DNA of 40,000 nt, taken from the NCBI RefSeq assembly GCF_002214745.2, contig NZ_CP016828.1. The stretch is one strand, 5' to 3'. Numbering within the stretch: position 1 is the first letter of the stretch; every line of letters begins with the position of its first letter. This stretch comes from Escherichia coli. GTDB taxonomy: Bacteria; Pseudomonadota; Gammaproteobacteria; Enterobacterales; Enterobacteriaceae. Positions 20,274 to 30,642 of the stretch are shown here, piece after piece. A model generated the notes under the pieces. That model was not told where the DNA came from, did no database searches, and saw only the letters and a list, made by a program, of their open reading frames with translations. The translations under genes and the position numbers were made by a program.

Positions 20274-20921
20274 AAGAAAAATTTCTGATGGATTGAAATA
20301 AATAGTTTCTCTTAAAGAAAGTATCCTTCTTGAAACCAGCGCTAAAATTCAGAGCATTGAGGTAAAGATAGAAGAAAAATTTATTCAAGGTTATTATGAT
20401 GGCTATACAAAAGGCATTATTGATGTGATGGATAATTTTATACCCTTGATAAGCTTGTTGAGCTCAGAACTAGAAAAAAAAGAATAAACATGATAAACGA
20501 TCTTAAGAGTATTTTGTTAAAATCCTCAGAGGAAGTTGATGTTTTTATCAAAATTTTTGAAAGTTGGAGAAAAAAATTACCGGCAATATCAGGTCCTGTA
20601 AATCTCTATATACCTACCAGATTCAAAGATAAGTATCTTGAAGTAGAGTCATATTTTGTCGACAAATCAATATGGAATGTCCATATTACATTTCATGATG
20701 ATAAGCGTTTTGTGTTTTTTACCGATCAATTTATTGCTGAATTTAGTCCGCAGGAATTTGTGGATAATTGTGAGCAATATTTAATTAATAATCATTGTTT
20801 CTCTCCTGACAAGGTTAACGAAATCTGCGAACAAGCCAGACATTATTTAGTTGAAAAAATGTTTGAAACACATTCTTTGGATATGAATAATTCTGTTTTG
20901 GCAAGCCCTGAGGACTTATAG
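20266..20921 (+). pseudogene. OrgB/MxiN-like T3SS stator protein, disrupted
   Basis: Frame from GTG 20266 meets TAA 20299-20301 and ends at 20487. C-terminal part 20490-20921 (FFTDQFIAEFSPQEFVDNCEQYL) is in another frame and resembles OrgB ISCGDQIAEFSPEQFVE. Confidence 0.75.
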
Positions 20922-21141
20922 CTCCCTGGCTCAAGTTTAATGATTTGAATATAATCTAATTGTAATATTTTAATCATCTCATGATTTTTTAATGCCTGTG
21001 GTGTTTTTCACGCAAAAATTTTATTTTTAATTATATTTCATTATTATTTCATCAATGTATTCTTTGGATTTTGCTTATAATAATAATGGAAGGGATGATT
21101 ATAAATGAATGCGTTAAAGCATTTACACTCAGGATGAATAT

Positions 21142-21774
21142 ATGGGAAAAATTAAAATTGTAGTTTCAGATCAGCAGCCGTTTATGATTGATGGGATAAT
21201 TGGATTTCTCGGACATTATCCTGATTTATATGAGGTTGTTGGGGGCTATAAAGATCTGAAGAAATCTATAGCGGAGTGTAACAAATCTACAGCCTAAATA
21301 TTTATTTTAGGAGAATTTGCAGGTGGAATGATGGGGTCCGAACTCGTAAAATGGGTTAAATCGCATAAGATAGATGCTCATATTATTACATTTGTAGCAA
21401 AGATGCCGTATATTGATTCAATAAAATTGCTTGAAGCAGGTGCGAAAGGATGCGTATGGAAAACCAGTCACCCGGCGAAACTAAATCGTGCTATTGATTC
21501 GATTAGTAATGGTTACACTTATTTTGATAGTGTACATATGGATTGTGAAAAAATATCTTCCAGGTATTCCTCTGATAATCAACTTACAAATCGTGAGTCA
21601 GAAATATTACAACTCATAGCTGATGGTAAAGCAAACAAAGAAATCGCTAATTTCTTGCAGTTAAGCAGAAAAACAGTCGAAACTCATAGACTCAATATCA
21701 TGAAGAAATTAGATGTTCACAGTGGTATCGAGTTGATCAAAACAGCTTTACGTATGGGTGTTTGCACTATATAA
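21142..21774 (+). pseudogene. ygeK: YgeK, NarL/LuxR-type response regulator, in-frame TAA at 21295-21297
   Basis: [36 protein letters not shown]... [19 protein letters not shown]... [46 protein letters not shown]; both parts are in the same frame. Confidence 0.85.
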
Positions 21775-21810
21775 AAAAAAGAGGCTTTAGGCTCATTTTG
21801 CTGAAGCCTT
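21773..21810 (-). terminator. Rho-independent terminator downstream of the IagB-like gene
   Basis: On the minus strand AAGGCTTCAG-loop-CTAAAGCCTC followed by T8. Confidence 0.7.
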
Positions 21811-21818
21811 ACGATTGT

Positions 21819-22295
21819 CTAGTTCATTAAGCCTGGTATATACAATATATATTTTGGGGCATATTGCTGTCTCTTTTTTTGGTTATCCATTGCAAAACCC
21901 GCATTATAAGTCCCCAGGCATTGCCACGTTACTCCACAACGTGAAAAATGGTTATATAAAATCTCGGTTCCTATTTTAATGTTCAGACAAGGGTTATCTA
22001 ACAAATCTCGTTCATCTTTTATTATTCCACGTTTTTTTAACAGGGGAATATGCATCTGGTTTATCTGCATTAACCAATAATCTAAACTCTTTATGTTGTT
22101 ATTCTTATCTCTGTTCTTGCCTATGCTATCCTTTTTTAGATTGCTTTCAACAAGAGCGATAGCTTTAATTAAATTTGGTTCGATTCTGAACATTGTTCCT
22201 GCTTCATTAGAGCAAGAGTTGCTGGCGAAAGACATTTTTGTAATAAATATACAAAACGTGAAGATGGTTAAGAATTTAACTTTTGGTGAGCGCAT
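21819..22295 (-). CDS. pbl: T3SS-associated lytic transglycosylase (IagB/PilT-like; pbl)
   Basis: 158 aa, signal peptide, SLT motifs IEPNLIKAIALVESN, SLDYWLMQIN, CLGTYNAG. Confidence 0.88.
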   Translation of the reverse strand: MRSPKVKFLTIFTFCIFITKMSFASNSCSNEAGTMFRIEPNLIKAIALVESNLKKDSIGKNRDKNNNIKSLDYWLMQINQMHIPLLKKRGIIKDERDLLDNPCLNIKIGTEILYNHFSRCGVTWQCLGTYNAGFAMDNQKKRQQYAPKYILYIPGLMN

Positions 22296-22377
22296 ATTTT
22301 TTCATGTGTGAGGATTGAATGAAAGGAACGAGATACTATTATAAAAGTATCTCGTTATGATTTATTTGGTCAATCGT

Positions 22378-22596
22378 CTACCATTCAATTTTATAGTAAG
22401 GTGAGATAGGATTATCTTCTGAATACATATCATTTTGAAAAGGCGCCATCCATGTTGAAACTATAAATGCTTGTATTTGATCTGTATCAGTAGCACTGGT
22501 GTTGATGTGTTTATCTAATGATACGACTTCATCACCCGTTGCATTCGCTATATTTGAACTTTGAGATAAATTATTGATACCGATTGGATTAGTCAT
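22378..22596 (-). CDS. ygeI: YgeI, small uncharacterised protein
   Basis: MTNPIGINNLSQSSNIANATGDEVVSLDKHINTSATDTDQ..., 72 aa from the internal Met; track ORF extends to 22626. Confidence 0.8.
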   Translation of the reverse strand: MTNPIGINNLSQSSNIANATGDEVVSLDKHINTSATDTDQIQAFIVSTWMAPFQNDMYSEDNPISPYYKIEW

Positions 22597-22763
22597 AAAG
22601 CTCCCTTTTTTAATTGTCCAGGCCAATGGTCTTTACATCATACTTTTAACTCTAGAGCATTTTAAATATCTTGCAATAAGGTGAATATCTTAGATATTTT
22701 CATCTCTGTTGTTTAAATAACAAGTTGCATACATCTAAATAATAAAATTGCGTCAATAAAAAT

Positions 22764-24140
22764 TTATCGCATACAAATTCTCGTCAGCTGCTTTAATTTC
22801 AAAATGTTGTCAATTATAACTCGATGGCTTTCACTCTCAGTTTCTTTATAGTAGAGTTTAATGTTGTTTTTGAGCGGGTTAGGCACATACATATCTACAC
22901 ATTCTTTTATCACAACTGCTTTTCGTCTTCTGGGTTCGAGTTGTAGTGATTTGTCTATACAAATCCTTGCCTCTTCAATTTTTTCATTATGAAAGTGGAC
23001 TAGTGCCCTATAGTAGTAGAGAGAGGCTATATCAGTTGAGTGTATCTTAGCCTGTTCAAATAAGATATGAGATACTTTTGCTTGTCCAGACAGACCAGTT
23101 ATCAGTCCCATAATAGCTAAAATTTTTCCATCGACAGTGGTTATGTCTGATACATAATCTAAAAGCTCTAATGCTTTTTGAGCAGCAAGTTCAAGTTCAC
23201 TTTTTCCATGAAGTGCCAAAGACATATGGCATTCCGCTAGAAGGCAATAACATTCTGTTTTTAGCGTCTGTATATCACTTTTATTTTGTAATCTATCAAA
23301 TATAGTCATGGCCCTGTAAATGCTTTCAGGGGTGAAGTCGTAAAGTTCTTTCTTTCCGGCTAACATTTCATCTGATAAATAATGATTCTTATATCCTTGG
23401 TCCTGCTTAGCTAATCTTACAGATCGTTCTGGTTTATGTACCGTTTGAAGGATATTATCTATAATAAATTGTGATGTATTATGTAGTTCATCAACAGGGA
23501 GATGATTACTGGCGATGAGGAAAAGGTTTTTAGCGTCGATCAACTCAATGTATAAAGTGTTCACTGCATTATTCTGGTTTATTCTTCCTGTAACGAAATA
23601 ATCTGGCTTGAATCTGCTCAAGAATGAATTTTGAGATATGTGATCATTACAAAAATTTGTCGCAGCCATCGGATAGGTATAGAGACCATCGATTTTTTTA
23701 TTTGAAATGATTTGCACTAATTCCTGATTAAGTATTAATGGATCCAGTGTATTCAATGAAGTAGTGAAAGGGAATATAGCTATGGAATAGTCTGAAGTAT
23801 TATCTTCATTAATTTTAGTTTTGAAAACCTGCCCGCTGAAACGATAACCTTTCCGGTAGATTGTTTCTATGCAACGATCATAGCCAATTTTTTCAAAAAT
23901 GCAGCGCAAAGAATAGATACATCTTGTCAGGGACTCGTCACTAACAATAATATTTTTCCATACTGATTCGATGATCATATCTTTCAGTACAACATGACCA
24001 GCGGATTCAAGTAATACTATTAATACACCTAACTCTTTCTGTGGAATATAAACTTGCTCATTTCCTTGAGTAAGAATTCCATCTTCCGTGAGCGTTAATC
24101 CCTCAAGAAAATGATATGAGAATTTATTTTCTAAGTCCAT
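22764..24140 (-). CDS. ygeH: YgeH, HilA-like transcriptional regulator (OmpR-type wHTH plus TPR-like region)
   Basis: 458 aa; w[45 protein letters not shown]...[32 protein letters not shown]; intact. Confidence 0.93.
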
Positions 24141-24414
24141 TAGTTAACCTCTATGAAAAAATTGGTTTCTTGCATCCTGCTTAAGCAATAGAAATTATGG
24201 CTATTCATATTTATGTGTCATTAATGCTACAGGAAATTACATTCGACATATCTATGGTTGTGTTCACTAATTTATCTTAGGAATTCAGTGATGTAATCTG
24301 AAATAGCCTTATTCAATTTTTATAAAGTAGATTGTTCTCTAACGCATTGAAAAGTAATGATTTATAGTATGCTCTTAACTGTTTTAAGATGCTGATTTAA
24401 GAAAACATAAGAGG

Positions 24415-24450
24415 TGCTGGTTATAGTGGTTAACTGCACTATAACCAGCA
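24415..24450. terminator. Hairpin 3' of ygeG, possible terminator or processing structure
   Basis: Perfect 14-bp inverted repeat TGCTGGTTATAGTG / CACTATAACCAGCA with 8-nt loop GTTAACTG; no strong T tract. Confidence 0.4.
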
Positions 24451-24474
24451 AATTTAACCAAATGATTGTAATGC

Positions 24475-24966
24475 TTAGCCATTATCTTCTGAATTATCGT
24501 TTAAGAGTTCAATATATGCCTGCGCTTTACTCTTAACACTATCATCCTCACAATTGTTAATAATGTGATAGAAACATTGCATTGCGTTATCGATATTTTT
24601 AGCCCCAATCTGACATTGACCCATACGATAAATAACTGAATAGTCATCATACGGGGAGTAATTGTAACTTAGTTTGTAAAGGTCATATGCTTGTTGATAT
24701 TTCTTTTTGGGCTGACATACTGATGCAAAATCTTTTAGATACTCATGATTTTCGAACGCATAAATGCACAAAAATTTATAATAAATTTCTGCGTCCGTTA
24801 TATTACCCTTTTCATGGTAGTCGAATGCATATGCATATATTCTATCAAGGATATCAGGAGTTAAACCATGTAGTAATGCCAGATTTTCTCCTTTCGATAA
24901 TGCGTGTTTTAGTTGATTTGCCCATTCATCACTATTATTGAATATTTCAATTGTTTCTGTGCTCAT
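24475..24966 (-). CDS. ygeG: YgeG, SicA/IpgC-like T3SS chaperone (TPR)
   Basis: MSTETIEIFNNSDEWANQLKHALSKGENLALLHGLTPDILDRIYAYAFDYHEKGNITDAEIYYKFLCIYAFENHEYL..., 163 aa from internal Met. Confidence 0.92.
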   Translation of the reverse strand: MSTETIEIFNNSDEWANQLKHALSKGENLALLHGLTPDILDRIYAYAFDYHEKGNITDAEIYYKFLCIYAFENHEYLKDFASVCQPKKKYQQAYDLYKLSYNYSPYDDYSVIYRMGQCQIGAKNIDNAMQCFYHIINNCEDDSVKSKAQAYIELLNDNSEDNG

Positions 24967-25243
24967 AATATTCCTCTGTGATGTGTCTCGTGATGCCAAA
25001 TTATTATTGATTGACTCATTGATATTTTTACATTTATCTTTTTTAAATTATGAGTTTTAAGCTTGCATTGCTTATGGTATATTTTTCATTATTGGTAAAA
25101 GTACTGTTCACTACAAACTAATAACATCATTAGTTGTTTTACTAATATTCACCTTATTAGTTATCTTAATTACGACATTACATAAATGCCTTAATGTGTA
25201 TGACCTGGATTCATAGTATCAATTGCCATTTTTTCAATGAAAA

Positions 25244-25681
25244 TTAAAAAGGGGATTTTTGAGAAGGGTAGAATGTCGTTTGTTTTTTTTCTTTATTATG
25301 TCTGGTGACGCGGGGGGATAGAACGTCTGTGCATATAGTAGTGAATTTATTCAGGTCTACATTATTCTCTATTTTGGTCAGTTTTATGAGTTCATTTACA
25401 GCCATACTCATTAAATCATCTGTTATCGAAAATTTATATATGCTCATAGCAGATAATATTGCTTGCTGAATTATCTCTTCAGAAATATCCGCTATCTTTA
25501 TTGACAAATCATGTGTTAGATATTTTCCTCCAAGAGATTCTTGTTCAATATAATTTAAACCAGACCCCATTGTGATTTTAACTGGATTAACGGATTTCTC
25601 TTCATTTTTCTTATTTTTGTTCTCCTGATCAGGAACTAATGGTTGCAGTGGTAGGCTATTATTAATATTTCGTGGCTTCAT
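25244..25681 (-). CDS. ygeF: YgeF, uncharacterised ETT2 protein
   Basis: 145 aa ORF directly upstream of ygeG on the same strand. Confidence 0.75.
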   Translation of the reverse strand: MKPRNINNSLPLQPLVPDQENKNKKNEEKSVNPVKITMGSGLNYIEQESLGGKYLTHDLSIKIADISEEIIQQAILSAMSIYKFSITDDLMSMAVNELIKLTKIENNVDLNKFTTICTDVLSPRVTRHNKEKKQTTFYPSQKSPF

Positions 25682-25874
25682 TTTACATTTCTCTCATTTG
25701 ATTAGAGCAAAATCCGAATTCGCAACTTCTGATAATGTCAAATATCACCTTATGGAGACGTTACGTAGAATGACTATATTTGTTATCGGCACATTAGGGG
25801 TATTAATTTTAGTATTGATGGAAGGTGATTATTGAACAGTAACATCGAGTCACGGTAAAAATGTGAGGTATACA

Positions 25875-26300
25875 ATGGACATTGAATTTTCGCAGATTCA
25901 TGAAATGGTCTATATGCATGATATTGTAAATTCGGACTCGAAAAAGAAACCAAGGATTCCGTTAAAAAAATTCCTTAATGCTGAGAATGTTCTCACGCAA
26001 ACAACATCATGGACATTAAAATCAAGATATGTGAATGTTAATTCTGTCAATAAAGTCAACGTAAAGAGTAAAGTTAAAAACAGTTATATCTCACGATCTG
26101 TCAATGATGAGTTTAGTTTAACAGATGATGAAATCAATTCTTTTAAAGAAACGTTAGTCCTTTCCTCTATTGATTCACTGAGTAAACTGGTTCTTAATAA
26201 TCCTCTTTCTGTATTGTTTACATCGACTGTACGAAGGAATAATAATCGAGCTAAGATGAATGTCGAGTTCGACTCATGGATTTGCACCAGATGTTGTTGA
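25875..26300 (+). CDS. yqeK: YqeK, uncharacterised ETT2-region protein
   Basis: [34 protein letters not shown]..., 141 aa from the second Met. Confidence 0.8.
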   Translation: MDIEFSQIHEMVYMHDIVNSDSKKKPRIPLKKFLNAENVLTQTTSWTLKSRYVNVNSVNKVNVKSKVKNSYISRSVNDEFSLTDDEINSFKETLVLSSIDSLSKLVLNNPLSVLFTSTVRRNNNRAKMNVEFDSWICTRCC

Positions 26301-26448
26301 TACATGATATTTTACATTGCAAGGAGATGTCTAAAATGAAAGATGTTGATCAAAACTTTGATGCTTTAGACTGCCATATACTGCGAGAATATTTAATTTT
26401 ATTGTTTTATGATTAACGAGGTTCCATCTTTTTGTTATCTATTTTAGT

Positions 26449-26943
26449 TTACCTTGCACAATGCATTATTGCTCTGTTACCAATGCTCAAAATAAAAGCA
26501 TGCTTACCTTGCTTTAGTATATTATAGCTTACACTTTTTTCTGGAAAGACATAAAAATCAGGAATAAGTTGTGCAAGTCTATCATCATCAACTTGATCCA
26601 TAATCTCAAACTTATTAACTTTCTTTGATGTTAAATGGGCTGTGTCATAGTTTTCAATCCATGTGTATTCAATATTTCGCCGTATTGATTTACTTTCTCT
26701 GTTACCTTGTTGCCAGGTTCCACTCAACGCAACAGTTCCTGTTTTATTTTTTTTGTTATACATAAAGTCGATGGTAAGATTTGCTCGTCCCTGGTCATTA
26801 AAAATTACCCAATTTGCAGTGCATGTTTCGTTATATATCATTTTTTCTGCAGTGTAAGAATAGACAGTGAAGAGAATAAATCCACTGATAAAAACTAAAA
26901 TAAATAATAAGTTTTTTTTATAATCAATCACGATTAACCTCAC
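26449..26943 (-). CDS. yqeJ: YqeJ, small membrane-anchored protein
   Basis: 164 aa, N-terminal TM LLFILVFISGFILFTVYSY and an extracytoplasmic domain; start overlaps the end of yqeI. Confidence 0.85.
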   Translation of the reverse strand: MRLIVIDYKKNLLFILVFISGFILFTVYSYTAEKMIYNETCTANWVIFNDQGRANLTIDFMYNKKNKTGTVALSGTWQQGNRESKSIRRNIEYTWIENYDTAHLTSKKVNKFEIMDQVDDDRLAQLIPDFYVFPEKSVSYNILKQGKHAFILSIGNRAIMHCAR

Positions 26944-27733
26944 GGTAAGACAGGGTTAAACAGTCTGCCACTTCATGTTGGTTATAGTTTTTATTGCATG
27001 CCATAACAATCATCCCCGGTGAGGATTTTGCAAGAGGGAAGTATAACCACGGATGTTTTTTACAGTTAATCCCCGAATCCAGTATCCGTGTTTTATATTT
27101 ATCGAACTCTTTCAACCCATCAATTGTATCGTCTGTTACATTAAAATGGCAGCCATTAATTTCCGCAACAGTCTTGTAATCCTTGAAAAATGGCTTCGGT
27201 TGATTATTATTCCATAGCCAATATGCAGAATATGCGCCTATGACAAATGCGCTCAACATAATTAGATGACTTTTTATATGTTTGAGGATTTTGTTATTGA
27301 AATTCTTTGCGCCACCAATGCTCTCTTTGTATCCCGCATTAACTTTTATGGCAGGTGGGGCATTGTGTGTATGTGCGTCTGTTGACGAGTTTATTACATG
27401 ATTTTGTATGTTAATGTCATTATGGATCTTGAATCCTCTTCTCGGCACGGTTGCAATTAGCGAGTGGGTAGTATCACCAACAGCGCGAAATCCGCGTCTG
27501 ATAATGGATATGTTCTGATATAACGTGTTAGTAGGCACACGCATACCTTCTTCTTCCCAGACTCTGGTGAAAAAATCTTGTTGTGCAACCACATCAGGAA
27601 AAGCTTCAAGTAGAAGTGATAAACATCGACTGGCTGGCGTTGTCAGAACGACGTTAAGATCGGCGTTATGTACCGATATTAATTTTCGGTGCTCAGGCCA
27701 GAACTCGATATTATCGTTAATAATCCAGTACAT
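26924..27733 (-). CDS. yqeI: YqeI, ToxR/CadC-like membrane-bound transcriptional regulator
   Basis: 269 aa; OmpR-type wHTH (LNVVLTTPASRCLSLLLEAF...LYQNISIIRRGFRAVGDTTHSLIATVPRRGFK), TM LIMLSAFVIGAYSAYWLW, periplasmic domain. Confidence 0.92.
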   Translation of the reverse strand: MYWIINDNIEFWPEHRKLISVHNADLNVVLTTPASRCLSLLLEAFPDVVAQQDFFTRVWEEEGMRVPTNTLYQNISIIRRGFRAVGDTTHSLIATVPRRGFKIHNDINIQNHVINSSTDAHTHNAPPAIKVNAGYKESIGGAKNFNNKILKHIKSHLIMLSAFVIGAYSAYWLWNNNQPKPFFKDYKTVAEINGCHFNVTDDTIDGLKEFDKYKTRILDSGINCKKHPWLYFPLAKSSPGMIVMACNKNYNQHEVADCLTLSYREVNRD

Positions 27734-28066
27734 ACGTCAATAAACACTAAATCAATCGAAATGGAGATCACATAGTTTGCTAAGTATATTGGTATTTACG
27801 GCATAAATATATATTAATTTTATATTTATCATGATGATTGAAATGAGGCTTTAATGTTGCAACGTAAAACTTTACGTAAATTAACATGGTTAACATTTAT
27901 GCCACTATTGTTTGTAAATTCATATTTCGTAATGCTTCTGAATTTTTCGTGTGATGGTTTTAAATACTATGGTGTTTACTCTTGAGGGGACGGCCTATTT
28001 ATAAAATACGGACATTTCAATAAATGCCCGTATAAACAGAGTATGATTCTGCCTGGTCGTTGAGTA

Positions 28067-28759
28067 TCAATGTTGGACCGAATGTGAACGAATAAATAAT
28101 TCGTTTATTTTATCACCCATTCTCTTTTCGATTCGTTGCTTGTACGCGTAGATGCTACGGATATCCATATCCAGAACTTCAGCAATCTGATATGGATTAT
28201 AACCAGAAACCATATACCCCATTATGGTGAATTCCATCTGAGTTAATGTGTTACCTCTGGTAAATGATAAATAACGACCAATAAATAGTTGTCTGATCTT
28301 TTCATTGGCAACATCAAGACCATCATCATTATATATGACAGCAGATATTGCTGAGTTGTGTTTTCGCCAGTAATTAGCTAGCGATTGCATATTGCGGTCG
28401 CTGACTAAAACAATCCCCATGTCAGTACTTGCAAGATAGTCAATCCAGTCCTTTTCAAGGAATAGACGTAAAAAACTTACTGAAAAATCGACAAAAATAT
28501 ATCCGCTTAATCTCGCATTGTGGTTTTTTGTTAAGATACCTTCTACCACACCACGATTAAAATATGAACTTTCTTCGGGCCACATACAAAAACACGAGTT
28601 TGCGCAGTACTGCAAACGCGGTGACTCTTCTGGCATTATTTGGCAATGCATTGAGCAACTATTGCATGTAAGACTTTTATAACGACTACAAAGCCCCATG
28701 TTAAGAACCTCCCTATCCGTATATAATTGCATAATTTCATTGGTGATTGATGATGTCAA
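28067..28759 (-). CDS. yqeH: YqeH, LuxR-type HTH regulator
   Basis: 230 aa ORF (210 aa if Met at codon 21); C-terminal HTH LTQMEFTIMGYMVSGYNPYQIAEVLDMDIRSIYAYKQRIEKRMG. Confidence 0.88.
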   Translation of the reverse strand: MTSSITNEIMQLYTDREVLNMGLCSRYKSLTCNSCSMHCQIMPEESPRLQYCANSCFCMWPEESSYFNRGVVEGILTKNHNARLSGYIFVDFSVSFLRLFLEKDWIDYLASTDMGIVLVSDRNMQSLANYWRKHNSAISAVIYNDDGLDVANEKIRQLFIGRYLSFTRGNTLTQMEFTIMGYMVSGYNPYQIAEVLDMDIRSIYAYKQRIEKRMGDKINELFIRSHSVQH

Positions 28760-29113
28760 TACACCATGATTTTGTAATTTTGCTGGGAAAAATTGCGATT
28801 AATCTGTATTTGCTATAATTCTGATTAAGACATTTTAAAATGCATTTCTCGTTATTAAATATGATTATGTTTCACTGATTTAATCTTACCTGGTTGAGGG
28901 TGGTTCAGATAACTATCTCATGGTATGAGAATATCTATATCGCAAATTGTTTTTGAATGACCGGAAGATATCTTGCGAATCTAAGTTATGCATCTTAAAT
29001 AGTCTTATTTAAGATGTTCAGATCTCTTTGTGTGTTTAACTAACTGATAATACTAGGATATGATGAGGGAAGTGATAGTGCGGAATAATAACGAATGAAC
29101 ATTATGAAAACTG

Positions 29114-29148
29114 GAATGGTTCAAAATTGTAGCAATTTTGAACCATTC
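29114..29148. terminator. Stem-loop just 3' of yqeG
   Basis: Perfect 16-bp inverted repeat GAATGGTTCAAAATTG / CAATTTTGAACCATTC separated by 3 nt. Confidence 0.5.
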
Positions 29149-29158
29149 ACAATGGATA

Positions 29159-30388
29159 TCAGCTAAAGAACATTACCGATACGCACAGGATACCCACGAT
29201 CAGCGTAATCAGATTTCCGATGGAACGCCAGGGTTTAAGCGCCGGGATCAGATACGTTGACAACGTAGGCATGATGAAAAGTATCATGGCAATGAGCGGG
29301 CCGCTGATCGCGTAAATCATCGAAATCGCGTTCGGGTTAATGCAACAAACAATGAAGGTGATCAGCGATACCAACATAATTGATAGTGCGCGGTTAAATG
29401 CACGACTTTTCTTTACACCAACCTGCTGTAGTGTTGTTTTGACGACCTCCGTGGCACCTTCAATAACGCCAAAATACGTACCCAGGAATGATTTCGACAT
29501 CGCAACTACTGCGACAATAATCCCGGAAATTGACAGCCATGCTGGGGCGTTCGGCAGCATAGAAAGCGCCGATAAAATGGTGACCCCTTCTTCTTTAGCC
29601 GCTTCAATATACGAAGGTGGAATAGAAAGCAGGCAGCTAAAGACAAAGAACAGTACACTTATGCAGATGATGAGATAAGCGACTTTCATAATTTTTTTGC
29701 ATTTATCCATAGCGTGTTCGCCATATTTTTCACGTCTGTCTATGGCAAACGTAGAAATAATGGGCGTATGGCTAAAGGCGAAAACCATCACGGGAATCGA
29801 TATCCATATCTGGTGAAGGGTATTCTGATTGAACTCTACCTGGGTCGTTAATAGATCAGGTTGCCAACTACCGACAAGGTAAATGGAAAGAAATAAGAAA
29901 TAGGCAATCAATGGGAATACCAAAAAACCCATTACCCGAATGGTTGCATGGCGTCCCATCAGAAAAATGAGATTCAGGATTAATACAACACCCAGACTCA
30001 CCAACATACGGATGCGAAGATCAATAACCATATGCTTTGCCAGCTGTTCCGTAAGTGAGTTGGTAATTGCCACTGCATATATCAACACGACGACAAAAAA
30101 GGCGATGAAGTACAGCGTGGTAATCAGATTACCAATCTTCTTGCCATAGTAGTGTGTTACTGCGCCCGTTATCCCTTCACCTGCTGATGTTTTCGATGAG
30201 AGGATGAACTGGCATAAGGCTTTATGTGGCCAATATGTTAAAGGCCAGGCGACCAGAGCAGTAATAAACAGGACCACAGCCCCTGCCGAACCTAACTGAA
30301 TAGGAAGGAAGAGCGTGCCTGCACCAACGGCTGTGCCGTAGAGCGCGAAACTCCACAGAGTTTCTTCTTTAGACCAAATATTAGACAT
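29159..30388 (-). CDS. yqeG: YqeG, HAAAP-family amino acid (serine-type) transporter
   Basis: 409 aa, multi-TM, FALYGTAVGAGTLFLPIQLGSAG typical of the SdaC/TdcC family. Confidence 0.94.
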   Translation of the reverse strand: MSNIWSKEETLWSFALYGTAVGAGTLFLPIQLGSAGAVVLFITALVAWPLTYWPHKALCQFILSSKTSAGEGITGAVTHYYGKKIGNLITTLYFIAFFVVVLIYAVAITNSLTEQLAKHMVIDLRIRMLVSLGVVLILNLIFLMGRHATIRVMGFLVFPLIAYFLFLSIYLVGSWQPDLLTTQVEFNQNTLHQIWISIPVMVFAFSHTPIISTFAIDRREKYGEHAMDKCKKIMKVAYLIICISVLFFVFSCLLSIPPSYIEAAKEEGVTILSALSMLPNAPAWLSISGIIVAVVAMSKSFLGTYFGVIEGATEVVKTTLQQVGVKKSRAFNRALSIMLVSLITFIVCCINPNAISMIYAISGPLIAMILFIMPTLSTYLIPALKPWRSIGNLITLIVGILCVSVMFFS

Positions 30389-30642
30389 TATCTGAACGTA
30401 TCATCTACAAATTAAACAAAATGGAGGGCAATTTACCATAAACCAGGTTAAGTATGGGAGATTAACGCCCTATCTACCCCTCTATTGGTGGGTTAGTGGT
30501 TGCAAACCTTACGTGCCAGTTATGACTCTGACTACTGCTCAGGCATATTTCCTTTGTGATAAAAATCACTTTTTTTAAACAATTAAGATAACTGTAATTA
30601 ACAATCATTTACTATTGCACTGTTAATTGGTGCGAGGTTGTG

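Noticed and set aside
26084-27743. ORFs antisense to or overlapping yqeK, yqeJ and yqeI
   Set aside because: Shadow ORFs of recognised genes.
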